This document shows positions 39,115-53,197 of a stretch of DNA of 64,000 nt, piece after piece (within the stretch, counting starts at the first letter, position 1; each line of letters starts with the position of its first letter). Source of the stretch: Adineta vaga (lineage: Eukaryota > Animalia > Rotifera). The notes beneath the pieces are model-generated. The model worked only from the letters and a program-made list of their open reading frames with translations, did not search any database and was not told the DNA's origin. A program made the translations under genes and the position numbers. The stretch covers positions 10,726,001-10,790,000 of the forward strand of contig CP075497.1 of the NCBI GenBank assembly GCA_021613535.1, in the 5' to 3' direction.

Positions 39115-42100
39115 CTACTCATCAGTATGTTGAAAGAGACTGGCTAATCCATGATCATCGTTATCATAATCTCCATTTGATTGCTTGAGATGTTGTAGAA
39201 CTGGATGAAGTGCACGTTTCGAAAAACGTATCAATGGTGGTAAATCACTAAGTGCTAAGGGTTCACGTTTAAACATTTGAGCAACATTTTGACCCATTAA
39301 TGGTTGAACTAAATGTTTTAACATATCACGTTTTTGTTTATCATTCAATGATTTTCCATTGAATTGTTTTTGCATTTTATCACGATAGTTATTTACTTGT
39401 TCATTGGTTACATCAGGAATTTCCATGAGTACACTATCAAATAAATTCGATGACGTTTGTTGGAATGTTTCGTACATTAAAACAGCTAATGAAAGTAATA
39501 TACAAACAATCGGTTCATTATCACCATGAATTTTTAATGCACATAAGATATAAATATAGAGTTGTCGTAAGAATTCATTATTTCCATTGATTAATATAGA
39601 TAGATGTTTGATTAATGCTTGACATATATGTGACATTTTTGTTATTGAAGATGTATCTGGCCATGAAAGTCCATCGAAAAGGATCAAAAGACAATACTGA
39701 CAAATTCGTGAAGATTCTTGTAAGATTTTTAAACCAAATTCACTGGGAATTTGTTGATTACGAGCGGTTGATAATACTTTACGTGAAGGATTATCACCTG
39801 TATTTTGTTCATCAGCAGTCATTGTATCATCCATACTTGTTTCATCGATATCATAACCATTCGTTAATGAATTCATATTACTATTATTGTTCAATTGACG
39901 TGTTAATAAACTTCTTAAGATATCGATAAAATCACGAGTTAAATAACATGTTACCTAGAAAGAAAAATGAAATTCAATATATGAATAATAAGATTCAAAA
40001 ATATCAATTGATCTATATATTAGAACGAATCTTTATCTATCTTTTTATTGTTTTTAAATTAGACCTACTTGTTCTTCAATGACTTCTTCTTCACATCGTT
40101 CTTGTGTTTGATGATCTTCATCATTATTTCCATTTGTATTACCATTTGTTACTTTAAATGTTTGTCTTTCCGTAATAATCTTCCATTTATCTTTTAATTT
40201 TGTATACATAAATGGAAGTAATGGTTCAAATACAGCAATAAGTATTGTATTCACTGGACAATGACGAACAAATGGTAGAAAACAATTTCGCATCATATTT
40301 CGTAATCGAAAATCTGGTATATGATCAAGAGATGAAAATAATGTTGTACCAATTGTATTTAAACAATCATTTAATTGATATAAATCAGGTTTTAATGTAA
40401 AATAAGTTCCAATCAAAAGTTGTAAACGATCAAGAAATGATGAAAAACGATTATGTAAACGACGATCATTGTCGGATAAATTCACTGAATTCATTGTTGT
40501 CGTTGTTGCTAATGATCCATTATAATCTTCATTATTTTCTTGTTGAAGATAAACAGCTTTTTCTGCATCAGTCATTGTTGAAAGAAAAGAAAATGATGTT
40601 TGTGCTAATGGTGAACTTGGAGAATGTAATGCATGACAATAAGTTAATAATTTAAATACACAATTTGTTAATGGAAGAAAAGATGGTGCAGCTGGATTAC
40701 GAATAAAGACAGTTCCTTCGAACGTTTCTTGATAACCACCATTGGCACAAATTGAAGAATCAGTCGGTAGAACAATACGTCGTAAAAGACCACAGAGAAT
40801 ATGAACACTGAGCAGTATTAAGCGATGATTATTAGTTGAGATTGCTAAATATAATCAATAATAATATCTTTTAGAAGAACAATCACATTCCTGTCGCTAT
40901 ACTCGATTAAGAGACCATCCGAACCTTCTCTTCGCGCGTTCTGTATTGACTATTATAAATGAAATCTTTTTTTTCTTACCGTCTGGCGCTGATTTCAATC
41001 CAATATAATCGATAAAACTTTGTAAATCATTCACATTCGTATTAAATTTTGTTAATATTTCTGCAAATGGTTCAACAAGTCCATTGATATACAGAACTTG
41101 TTGTTGATATGATTGAAAATGATTTAATAATATAGCTAAACTTTCAACTAAACTACTCCATTGCCAACCAGCAAGTCGATTCTGTTGTTCAACAGTTGCT
41201 GTTTGTTGTCGAACTAAATTTTGTGTTACTTGAAATAAATCATTGAAATAAATAAATAATGAATGACCATAGTTCAAACAGAGATCAATTAAACAACTGG
41301 CTTGCTTTTGTAATGGACTAACTTTAGATCCAAGTTGTCTTTCTGCTGTTAATACACGAAATAAATGTTCAAGAATACGTTGTGTCCAAGATTGTTCACC
41401 ACGTGTAAAAACATATAAACATGTTAATAAACGTAATGAATATGCCAAAAATTCCAGATTTTCATGATTGTTTATTGATAATAATTGTTCAATTAATGTT
41501 TGACCACGTTGACAAAATGATAATTGATCTGTATCAGAAAGTATCTTTGATTGATTAAATACTTCTCGAGATGTTAATAATTGTCGTACATGTCTTTCAA
41601 TAATTTGCCAATAAGCAATTAAAGATTCGAAAAGTAAAAGATTCGAAAGATTTGTTGATTGAAAACAGTAATCAGCATAATCAAAACCAATACGGATTGC
41701 AATGGATAATTGATCATGAGTTTTACAAACATTATCAATCGATCGAATAAGAACTGTACGATTTTTACCAACAAATTTTTGATAATCACATTCATCTTCA
41801 AAATCATAATGAATATAATACGATGCAATGTCTAGAAAAGAAAAATATCAAGAATAAGAAACTTGAGATTAAGATTAGATTAAGAAGGATTTAAATAATG
41901 AAGAAGAAGAAATCTTGTGAAAATATATTAGAACTATAAATATTAAATTGAATTTCTTATTGATCACGTGTCATCTTGTGACTCTATATGTATATTGTAT
42001 AGACAAAAAATCGATTAACTTTATGTTTAATCAAACAAACATGTATATCTCGTTCCTTTCTCTATCAAATCAAATATCAATTAAATTCATACAATGTACA

Positions 42101-43499
42101 AGGTAAGATTGGGTATATCGTTTCGTTCATTAAACTTTGATGTACCTAGGTCAAAAAGTTCGTTAACAATTGTATAGGTACACGTAATAGACATAGACTA
42201 TGTTCGTTATATCTTCTTCTTCATTTTTTATTTCACTGTTTATATCATCTGTACTCAAAACTCAATCAAGTAAGTTACCTTGTTCTTGGTCCGTTTTCTT
42301 ATAAGGTTGTTTAACTAACGAATGACATAGAGCTCGAAGAACAACTGGTGATATATTTTTATAATCATTTTCTTGAAAGATATTTGCTTTAAGTATTTGT
42401 AACCACATTTGATAACCATATAAAGATATATAAATACTTGGATGTTGCATTAATGCTAGAAGAACTTGTAAAAATGTTCCATTTGAGAATTGCTCTGGTA
42501 ATGGTGCTCTTTTATTTACATCATCTCCTCCACATAGATAACATAATTGATCACATAATGCTGTGATTACCATGGCATATTGTTTCATAAAATCATAAGT
42601 TTCATTTGATTGTTTGGCTTGAATAGACGAGAAAAGATCATTGTATTGTGAACCGGTTTGAAATAAATAAGAAAATAATTGAAGTAATGGTAAACGTTCT
42701 TCATATTTTCCTCGACGATCTGATATTACACTAAGAAATTCAGCTGCTTTCATTCGATGAATCGAAGAATTCAATAATAGAACAATTTTATCGATAATTT
42801 TCGTTGAAAAAAATAACTCGATGGGTAGAAATGTTGCAAACATTGTCAATGCATATAAAGAACTTGAAATTGTATTTGGTAGTTCAAGAAAATATTCGAT
42901 AAATTCCAAAAGTTTATTTCCATGTTGTAATAATGTTGTTTGAATATCTCGTTTACGAGCAGAATTTAAAGTTTGAAGAACAATCACATCTTCAATGAGA
43001 TACGCTAAGATTAATAACGAATAATCATTTGTTGCACTTAATTTTGTCAATGAGACAAGTTCATCAAGAAATGATGGCCATTGTTGTGGCCATTCACGTT
43101 TAGCAATTTCACAAACACAACGAACAAGAATTCTAAAAGAAAATTCATTTATTTACCATTCAGACGTTTTGATTCTTACGTTTTTAGATGAGTAGGTAAT
43201 TGATCTTGTTCACTCATTAACAACCATAAACGTTCTTTAATCGAAATTTTCAATTGAGAATCAAGTGATGTCCATTTGTATTTTATTGTTTCTTCAATAC
43301 ATTGTAAACCGAAATGTTTCGCTAATGGATCAAATGATTGATTTTTAGTGAAAAAATCAAAACCAATCGATACAGATTGTGTTGGATTTGATTTAATATC
43401 TTCGACAAATGTATAAGCTTGCTGACGACGTTGATGATCAGATGATACACAAGATAATACAGCTGATTCGATTTGTCGTAAAAGATCGAAATTGTTCAT
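39115..43499 (-). CDS. XPO5: Exportin-5 (importin-beta family)
   Basis: RRQQAYTFVEDIK, HFGLQCIEETIKYKW, EIAKREWPQQWPSFLDEL, RRGKYEERLPLL, DHIPDFRLRNMMRN, EEEVIEEQVTCYLTRDFID and LVQPLMGQNVAQMFKRE...DLPPL match the XPO5 pattern. Confidence 0.88.
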
Positions 43500-46400
43500 T
43501 GATCAAAAAAAACTAAAGAAACAGTTCGAAAGAAATTTCTATCGTGGTGAAATTAAAGTTTTTCTGAGTCATCTAGTACATATTTTTATTGGATAGAAAG
43601 ATTGACGAATAGGAATCTTGTTGTTTGATATTATATTAACATATATCGATTGGTTAGTTTGATGAAAATCAGCTGTTTATCTTTCCTTTCATTTTGACTG
43701 ACTAACTGTCTGTTTTTGTTGTTGTTATTGTTAGTTTATTCATATGTTTGTTTGTTTAGATCGAAATAGAAAGATTTTGTCGTCGATTGGAAAAAAGAAA
43801 ATGTTTATCACAACGAAAAATCTTGTTTTCTAGTTAATATGAAATGAGAATGAATAAAGCATATGTAGACACAGCTGTTCGAATGTTATGTTTAGGTTCC
43901 CATTCCATGTCGCGATTTTTTTTATCTCTTTTTTCTTCTAGATTGTTTTGCAAGTTTATTACCGTCTAATTTTCTTTATTCGTTGAAAATATTGATTTTC
44001 ATATATGTATGTAGACATGATGTATTTGAAACGAATTCGTTTTCTTCTTCATCATAATCTTCTCTTATCTCAGTCACCTTTGTCGATTTTTACTTCAATG
44101 TATACATACATATATCGATCGATGAATATATATATATATATATATATTTGATATAAAGCACGTAAATGTGATCCTTCTTTTTCCTCTTCACTATCTGTAT
44201 CTTTTCTCTTATTATTTTGTGTATATGTCTGAGGATGATATTTCAACGACGTGTCTTCATAATGACGACCTTGCCCGATCATTGACACAATTCGTTGTCG
44301 TTGCGTTTTTTTTTCGTCAACGATAGCGACAAAAAAAAATGAAAGAAGAAGATGCATGAACCATCAAGTGAAGGGCATGCATACATATGCGCATCTATAT
44401 CATTTGATCGCTATCAAAAAAAGGGTTGATGGCGGGTGAGCTATGAGAACCTTGAGGATGTGTTGCTTTTATGTCTACTTTTCTCGACATTATTCGTATG
44501 AAAACTTTTTCTTTTCAATAGATTATCGATTGAAAAACAATTGCTAGTCAAAAGAAACAAAGAAAGAAATAACTAGTTAAGTTATTTGATTTGAGTGCAA
44601 TCTATTGTATTCTTTGCTGATTATATAGTAAAATCTGTCTTCTTTTTCGATTGAATAGGATGACTCCTTTCTTTTTATTCAGAGTATATTTGATGATAAG
44701 GACATTCGCGTAACCAAACAAGCTGTGCTCTTCTTTCTTTCGTTTTTTCTTCTTCTTCTTCTCTTTCGTTGTTTCTCGATTGATCCTCCACCATATGATG
44801 TACACTTTTTTAACCCTTTCTATTTCTAAGCTATACCACGACCATTATTATAAAGCGAATAGGATTGATGAAGAGAAAACGAAGTATAGTATGTTGTTTT
44901 ATGAATAAATAGAGAATATCTTACATATCAATAATTTGTGAAGGACAAATTATTTGTTGTTTTGAATGATAAAGGGGAAAAAAGAAACGAAGAACTTGAA
45001 ATTTTTCTTATAAAAGATGGATATATCCAAGCAGTCATACTTCCTTTTTTTCTTTATGAAATAATACTTTTAATCTATGATACCATTCTCTTTCTAGATT
45101 ATTCACGCACAAACGCAATCTAATTCAATTGATAGTGTGTGCGTGCTTATTCTTTTCAGTTTTGGTTTTTTGAGAAAATCATTGGCTTGATTTTTGTAAA
45201 TAATACTTTTAATGTTCATCAACGAACAAATTTCAATCAGATAGAAAATATTTCATTTCTGGTAAACTGAGGTATGTTTTTGTATTTTCATTTCATTTTG
45301 TGCTTCTTCTTTTAATATTAAGACTCGGGACAAAATGACTGTAAAAGGCGATATTGACATTGGGGTATGCAAAATGCATACGTTCTTCATTTGTTCGTTC
45401 GTTCTCTCTCTCCCTCTCTCGTGTAAAAACGTTTACTTGATGATAAAGAAAAAAATTGAGTTGATGATGGTGACGAAAAGAAAGAAAGAACACATATCAA
45501 TCATAGTGAAAGTGTGCAGGACTGATTTGCTTATCGAGAGAAAGACAAGAATAAGTAAAACAAAACTCATATTTATCAACGCACTCTTTGAAAAGTTCTG
45601 GATTAGATCGAATATTTATAGTATCGAGAGTTTCTGTAAGTGTCTTTGTTTAACTAGAAACTCTCGAAGAAATATTTGAAACATTTGAGGAAAACGATAT
45701 TCTATTTTATCTATTCATACAGAGATACAATCATGTATCGTTCGATGAATGATGTATCTACAAATGATTGTATACATATTTATGTGTGATATTAAATGTA
45801 GTAGGAGGAGTCGATTCAGACTATACCTTTTCTGTTCTTTCCTCCCTTCGATTTCATTAGTCTTCTTTAGTTAAAAAAGATTGGAAAGAGAAAATAAATG
45901 AAAACGAAATCGAGAAGTAATAGATCATTGTTATTGTCAAGTATAACAACAATGAGATAGGTGGTCATTATCAACTCGTAGAACTCATACGATATATATA
46001 TATAAATAACAAGTAACAACATGATTCTATTTTTATTCTATAATTAATCATTCATAAGAGTAGTTTGTTCGTATGAATGATTTTCTTTCATGTTTTATTA
46101 TTTATGCATCCATATATTAAGATGATATTTTGAATTTCTATTCCAATAAACTTGTCATTTGAATAAATGTTTTGTATATCTTTTCGAGATGACATTTATA
46201 TATACCAGATTTTCTAAAGAATTAGACTATTTTTTTTTTGATAGGAGAATTCTTCTTTAGAAGATAAAATATGGACAGTCATTCTTAGTCTTTTTCTTTT
46301 CTTGACAATATAATAACGACAACAACAATAATAATACGAATCGTGCGTTGGTCGTTGTCTATATTCTTTCGACGAAAAACATCAGTAGCAGCTGCATCAG

Positions 46401-46758
46401 CAATAACACCTAACACATTACGAGAGGAAAGAAGGTGGAGGAAAGCAAAATGGGTAAAGAAAGGCAAGGAGAATCTGTTTCTCTCTCTCTCTTTCGCTTC
46501 TCGTTTTTTTTTCTTTACCCTATATGCGATGTTCGATGAGAACTGACGCACATCGCGCACGGCGGCTGACTGCCCTCTCTCTCTATTTCGAACACTACTA
46601 CATCTCCTATCCTTATGATTAGGTGAAAAAAAAGAGAGTAAACGAGCCGATGCAATTTTTCTTCTATTCTCTATCATATAGTCTTTTTTCTTCTTCGTTT
46701 ACTTTTGACTACCTTGAAACTATGATGACCATTATGTGATATTCTTGTTATTTTAGCC

Positions 46759-49700
46759 ATGGTGGTCGATATTGCCCCACAGCAACAGCTGAATGAGGTT
46801 TTCACCACTAATCGTACCCATCATCGGTCATCATCGTCTACACACAGACGAAATTCAACAACCGCAAATAGTACATCTTCATCAGAATCAAATAATAATA
46901 ATACTAATAATAATAATACTATGAGCAATGGTCATCGATTAGCTGTAAGAAATTTCTTGATGAGATATGGATTTTGTATGAATATATCTTCGAATTATTT
47001 TAGACTGATGAACTCAATAAAAAAGCGGTACAAATTCTTGGTCATGCTACAGCTATCTTAAGTTGTCGTAGACAGCCAAGTATAGATTTTCATGGTCAAC
47101 AGCCTCCTCGCTTGAATATAACGTATGTCTTTCGATTCATTTCCAGAATGATTCATATTCATTTGTTGACTTTTAGAGAATCTAAATTCAATGCATCTTC
47201 GCGTAACTCAATACCAACTACGACTTCATCGACTATTGTACATAACTCATCGACAACAACAGCAACAACATCATCTCAGTCGACAAACAATTCCGTTTCT
47301 TCTGTGAACGTAAGTTTTCTTTACGAAACTCGGAAGAATAATGGTATAATATTTTCTATTTGTTCAGAAGGGTAGATATCCAGTAACGGTTGAACGTCTT
47401 GTTCCACTCATTTTACAGGTAAAACTTTATATCAAATATCAATGATTCAATGGAAAAAGATTTCATTTCTATTCTAGCTAGTCGCAGCACCTAATTTAAT
47501 GAAATTTCCTGAAATGATATCTAGGCGTCCATTAAATTCAAGTAAGTTCATTTTGTTCGTTAAATTAAGTATTATTTAAAGATTTATTTATAGAATCTGT
47601 CGACGATATTCTCAAAAGGTAATTTAATTAAAGAAAGAAGATGACAACTAATCTTTGCATTTATTTAGCCGTAAAATGACACTTGTCTCACATCGTGAAA
47701 GTGTTGTGAAACTCAGTGATGATGAGAATGATGGAGACGACAATGATGATGATGATGATGATGATGATAATGATAATGTTGATGACAATATTAATGAGAA
47801 AACATTTACAGTATTGACTGAAATAACCGACAATAAGATAAATAACAACGGCGAAAATCAAAATAATAGTAATGATAATCATTCTTATCATTCATATGAG
47901 AATCAAATGTAAAATTCAAACAATAAGAAAGTTCTTAACATTCAAATTTCTTTATTTCACTCTAGTGAACCCCAACATTCCGGTATAAGTAGTAGTCGGT
48001 GTGAAGATAATGAAGACAGTGAAGATGAAGACAGTGATAATCAAGTGGCTGCGCACAGTGATGCCGAGAATGATGATGAAACAAATGAAACGGTCTGTTG
48101 ATGAATTTCGATTCGAATGAAAAACTATTTTCTTCATTTATTTCTTATAGAATCCAAATACATTGTCATTAATGGATTTTGTACGTGGAAAAGAAATACA
48201 ATCTGAACCTGTTGATTCTTCATTAGTACAGTCATCAGAATCATTATCAAACATGAGAAAACGAAGTATCTCACCTGAAATCAAACGTGATCATGAAAAT
48301 CATGTACATAAATCTGAAGAACATCAAAATAAACGGAAAAGACTTTTAACTAAACGAGCATTATTAAAATCATTTGTATCATCTGTAAATACTAGAATCA
48401 ATTTTAAACATCCTTCACTTTCAATAACCATTCCAAAACACCTTTTTTTGGACCAATCAACTAAACAAGAAGGTATAACACTAAGACACGACTATTTGGA
48501 TCTTTATTTGTTTTCTTTCATTCAGATGAACAACTTATCGAGCGATCACAACGAACATCCAAACGATATGTTAATGGTTCGCTTAAACATGACAATACTA
48601 CAGATGTAGTCGATGGTTTATCACAAAATTCTTCTGCTTCATTATCATCATTAAACAATCAAATCCCGACAATAAATGGTACACATCAAAAAAGGAATAA
48701 AACTAGTCATGTACAAGATAAAATTATATCCAAACAAGAGCCATCAATTCTAACCTCGACAACTATGATCAAGAATGAACAGATTACAATTACCAATCAT
48801 ACATCATCAAACGAATTAGATAGTAAAACTCGGACAAATATATTATCAACAACAAATACAGCAACTGTTTCACCAATGATAACAACTCAACCTAAAAAAG
48901 AGAAGCCAACAGCAAAGTAAGAAAATGATTCTTTTTTTATTTTGTTTTTTGAGAATAACCAAAAAATTCGTTCTATGTTGATATTTTAGTGTTAAACCAC
49001 TTCAACAATCAGCACCACTTGATAATTTATCAACTACAAATACTCTTAGTAATGGTATTAATATAATAGATAGTTTAACAACAACTAATGCACGATCAAT
49101 TCTTTCATCAAAGAAAAGCAATTATTCAAAATTAAAGTAAGATTTCAATGTTTGTCTTTTGATTTCTCATTCAACTCTTTTGTATCTTGTAGAAACATGT
49201 CAAAAGCAGATTTAGCTTCATTAGCACGTAAGAAGAAGAAACAAGCTGATCATGGCAAACGAACGACATTCGAAGAAGCTCGTGAAGCCATGGGTTTATA
49301 TCTTGAATCTGTTTGTTATTTTATTCAATGCGCTAATGATGAAACCAAACAAGAACAACGTACTTCATTATTAACAACGACATTAACTATGCTACAGTAA
49401 GAAATAACATTCGAAAAGTGTTTCCTTTTTTTCTACTTTAACTAACTTTTTATAGACAACTTGCACAAAATTATAAGAAAATGTTTTATTTATCGAATCC
49501 AACTCTGTCTGGAGATTTATACAGTCTTCAACAAAAATTTCTTTTAATTAAGTAAGTCAAAACGGTTTTCTTTTCTCTCAAAAGAAACTCATTTCATATT
49601 GATTTAGTTATTGGCTTCAATCATTAATTCATTATTTGCAATTTAATACTAATATGCCAACGATTGATCGTTATGCTACTCAAGTAACAGAATATTTTAA

Positions 49701-50162
49701 TCAAATAAAAAATCCATCTTCAGCTGCATCATTAACAAGATCAACAAATCTCAATCTTCAACAACAATCAACACCTATTAATGATAATAATCCCATATCA
49801 CCATTGTCAACAACATCACAAACAAGCTCATCAGATATAAGTACAACTAGTGGAAATAATCAAGTAGAACCACATCGTTATATCTATGATTTTTCCAAAT
49901 ATATGTTAAGTTCATATCATTCAACATTATATTGGAATAAAGCCGATAGTCTATCACGTGAAAAACCATTGAAAGGTAAATAATAAATCTATAATTTATT
50001 TATTTTTTTGTCAATGAAAATTTTTCTTTTCTTTGTTTAGAATTTACAGAACAGTTGTTGAAACAAAATCAAAATCGACGTCTGTCACGTGATGATACAA
50101 CTTTAGACTTTATATTGTATATTTTTGATGCCATCGAGTTGTTACGTTTAAGTGTTGCTTAA
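46759..50162 (+). CDS. AF4/FMR2 family (lilliputian/AFF4-like) super elongation complex scaffold
   Basis: N-terminal DELNKKAVQILGH (AFF N-terminal-like), SVDDILK..KMT (ALF-like), an acidic Ser/Asp tract, and a C-terminal homology-like segment ARKKKKQADH...AMGLYLESVCYFIQCAN...YWNKADSL. Confidence 0.68.
47744..47785 (+). repeat. Coding (GAT)n poly-Asp tract
   Basis: gatgatgatgatgatgatgatgat within an AFF-like exon. Confidence 0.8.
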
Positions 50163-51595
50163 AAATCCAGAAGAAAAAGAAATAATATTTCTCCGTGCTT
50201 TCTCTAACTTCCTCAAACTTTGTATATCTCAGTCTATTTATTTGTCTTTTCTTTTCTCGTGCATGACGTGCACATACGTCTTTTTACACAACCTCCTTAG
50301 ACAGTTTTGTTTTTCTCTCATTTGGTTTCTTTTTTTTCTCAAGCAGCTTATATCTATTTTTGCGCTTTATTCTTCCAGTTAAGTTAAACATCACCATGCG
50401 TATATAGATATATATATACAAATGTATGTATACTCCGGTTCAGTTTGTTTTTCGCTCTTTGTCTATGCGTGTGTGTGTATGTATGCATGAATTGATCTCG
50501 ATTTCTATTTTTCCTTGAAGTTGATGATTCCACTCTATTTGTGTAAATGTATATCCTATAAAAAAACAACACAACCTCAACTAGTATATAAGTTATTTGA
50601 CATTTGTTGTTTGTGAAACAGAACAACACTTTGATATGCACCGGAGAGTTTTTGCTCGTTGTATCATGTCTTTGCCGTATTGCGCATATTTTCTTAAAAC
50701 TTCTTTCTTTGTCTGTTTTGTCTTTGTCTTGATTTTTCTTGAATGTAATGTTTTCACAATACGTGTAAGATGATAAAACGAAAAAAAAATCTATAAACAT
50801 AAATGATTTTTGTCTTTCTTTGTATCTTTAAATAGACATGTAGCTTTTCTTCTTTCTTTCTTTCGAACACAAACATACAACAAACTAAATACAATCGACA
50901 ACTCCGGTGGTTGATCATTTCCTTCTAATACTACTGATACAACTCGTTTTAGAATGTCCTAAACAAAAAAAATCCTTCTCGTCGTATTTATATATGTATA
51001 TGTCTTTGTCTATGTGTCCACTGTTGTTGTCTTTTTCCTCTCTTCTTCATGTGTCTTTCACAAACCATCAGATCCTTTTTAACTCTGTATCCATAAACTA
51101 TCTCGTTAAACGTGCTTTTGCGCACATGATGAGTTGTTGTTTTGTATTCTTCTGCCTGTATCTATTGAAGATTAAGAAATGTCTTTATCCTTGTTTTTTT
51201 AGAAGAAAGCAACATGAAAAAAGAAGTGTTTAAAAATTTGTTCTTGTTATTGATGTTGTTTTTTTTTGGTTATTCTTGTTCTCTTTCTTTTTCCTTTTTC
51301 TTTTGATCATGATTGATATAAACATATTGAAAAAAAACAAGCAAAAAAAGGGCCAATAAAAAAATTCGGATGAACAATCATTGTCTTTTCTTTTATTCAT
51401 AGCTTTTGATTATCGATTAATACGTAGATATTGATGCAGCGTCAGATACAAAAGGAGAAGAAAAAAAGCACGCAAAATATATAATGAGACAACTTATCGT
51501 TACATCGTCATTGTGTAAGAAGGATAGAAGGTGTATAATACCTTTTTTTTTACGTTGTAGATTTTCTTCTTGGCACACCGCAACGTCGTTCGATC

Positions 51596-51949
51596 ATGAC
51601 GCGTGGCAATCAACGGTAAATTACTAATATCTTCAATTATTTCAATGATCTGGTTTTATTTTTTTAGTGATCTTGCACGAGAAAAGAATTCTAAAACTCA
51701 AAAAGGTAAAAATCAAGCTGCATCGGAAATGGAAGGTAACAAAGGTTTGTCATTGCAAGAGCGTCAACTACGTGATGCAGCCAAGTAGGTTCTTTATTTT
51801 ATTGTTAAAAATCAAGTTGAATATCCTTTGTTTTATATTTTGTTAGAATGCGTGAAAAACAACAATTAGCTGCACAAAAAAAGACAGGTGATAATGGTGG
51901 AAGTAATAATGCATCAGGTGGAGCAGGAGCTGCAGCATCTGCTAGTTAA
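51596..51949 (+). CDS. SERF: Small EDRK-rich factor (SERF/4F5/MOAG-4 family), 3 exons
   Basis: Splices to MTRGNQRDLAREKNSKTQKGK...ERQLRDAAKMREKQQLAAQKK; MTRGNQRDLAR is the family signature. Confidence 0.92.
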
Positions 51950-52005
51950 GTAAATGGACTCATCTGGACAATATTCTTCATTCAAACTTTGACACACTAA
52001 TCAAA

Positions 52006-52007
<2 letters not shown>

Positions 52008-52037
<30 letters not shown>
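52008..52037. repeat. (TATC)n tetranucleotide microsatellite in the SERF 3' region
   Basis: ctatctatctatctatctatctatctatct read directly. Confidence 0.85.
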
Positions 52038-52358
52038 CATTTATTTGTCTTGAATTCATATAAAATTGATGTTTATCTAACCAATTTGCTGTTCTTTTTT
52101 TTTGCATTTTTTTGTTCTACATAAATTAAAAAACACAATAGCAAGATCAAAAAACTTATTCTATTCGTTTCAATCATCGGATAACTAATGAGTTTTTCAT
52201 TTGATTAAAATCCAAAGTTTACCATATATCATTCACCAAGGATATTTGAATGAAAATATTTTGATGGATGATTTCTAACCAATGAACTGTGAATAAAAGA
52301 AAACGAATATATAATATAAAGTATTTTTCTTCGTTGTTTTAGCTATTTTATTTATTGA

Positions 52359-52990
52359 ATGATTAGAACTTTTATCCATCGTCATCGACTTTTTCTTCTC
52401 AATTTAACATCAGCATCGGGTCTGCTTGCTAGCAGTGATTTTTGTGTACAAGTCTTCTATGAAAAGAAGAAACCTATCGATGATAAACGTATTCGTATGT
52501 ATACAATCATTGTGTTATATTTCAACAAGTAGAAATCTATTCGTTTATTTTCTATTATAGTTGCAGCATTAACGACCGGTGCTGTGATGGGTGTTGAAGG
52601 ACATGTTTGGTATTCATTTCTTGATCGTGCTATTTCACAATCAACATGGCGGAATGTTTTCAAAAAAGTTCTTCTTGATCAAATGATTGCAGCACCTGTG
52701 TATACATTAACATATATTATCGGTAAATGAAAATGAATTTATTTTCAAAAGAAATCTTTGAATTGTTTTTAGGAACATCAATTCTCGAAGGACGACGATC
52801 ATCTCGTGAATTAATAAATGATACTCATACCAATTTCTTTCCATTATATATTGCTGATTGTTTAATCTTTTCTCCAATTCAAATACTTAATTTCAAATAT
52901 ATCCCATCGTTCTATCGTGTTCCATTTCTATCTTTAATTGCATTCATTTTTGATGCATTTATTAGTGCCTATAAACATGAACATGATTAA
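52359..52990 (+). CDS. MPV17L2: Mpv17/PMP22 family protein (MPV17L2-like), 3 exons
   Basis: SDFCVQ...GHVWYSFLDR...KKVLLDQMIAAP...GTSILEG...LYIADCLIFSPIQILNFKYIPSFYRVPF. Confidence 0.8.
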
Positions 52991-53197
52991 ACATCTATGC
53001 ATAACAAACGACGATTTTCTTTCTGTTAGTCATCGGTGAATCATATTTTGTAGACAAATGTTTATTTTTTTTTAGTAAACGAACGTTTCGTTTCAGTAGA
53101 AAAATTCTTCATTGTATAAGATGTGACTATTTGTTTTGTTAGACTTGAAAAAAACAAATCAATACAAATGCAAAGTGTTTTCTAGATTAGAAATCTA

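Noticed and set aside
44070-46677. Several short ORFs between XPO5 and the AFF-like gene
   Set aside because: Poly-purine/pyrimidine low-complexity translations typical of promoter, UTR or intron DNA.
50152-51233. Hydrophobic ORFs after the AFF-like stop
   Set aside because: T-rich 3'UTR giving Phe/Leu-rich pseudo-TM translations.
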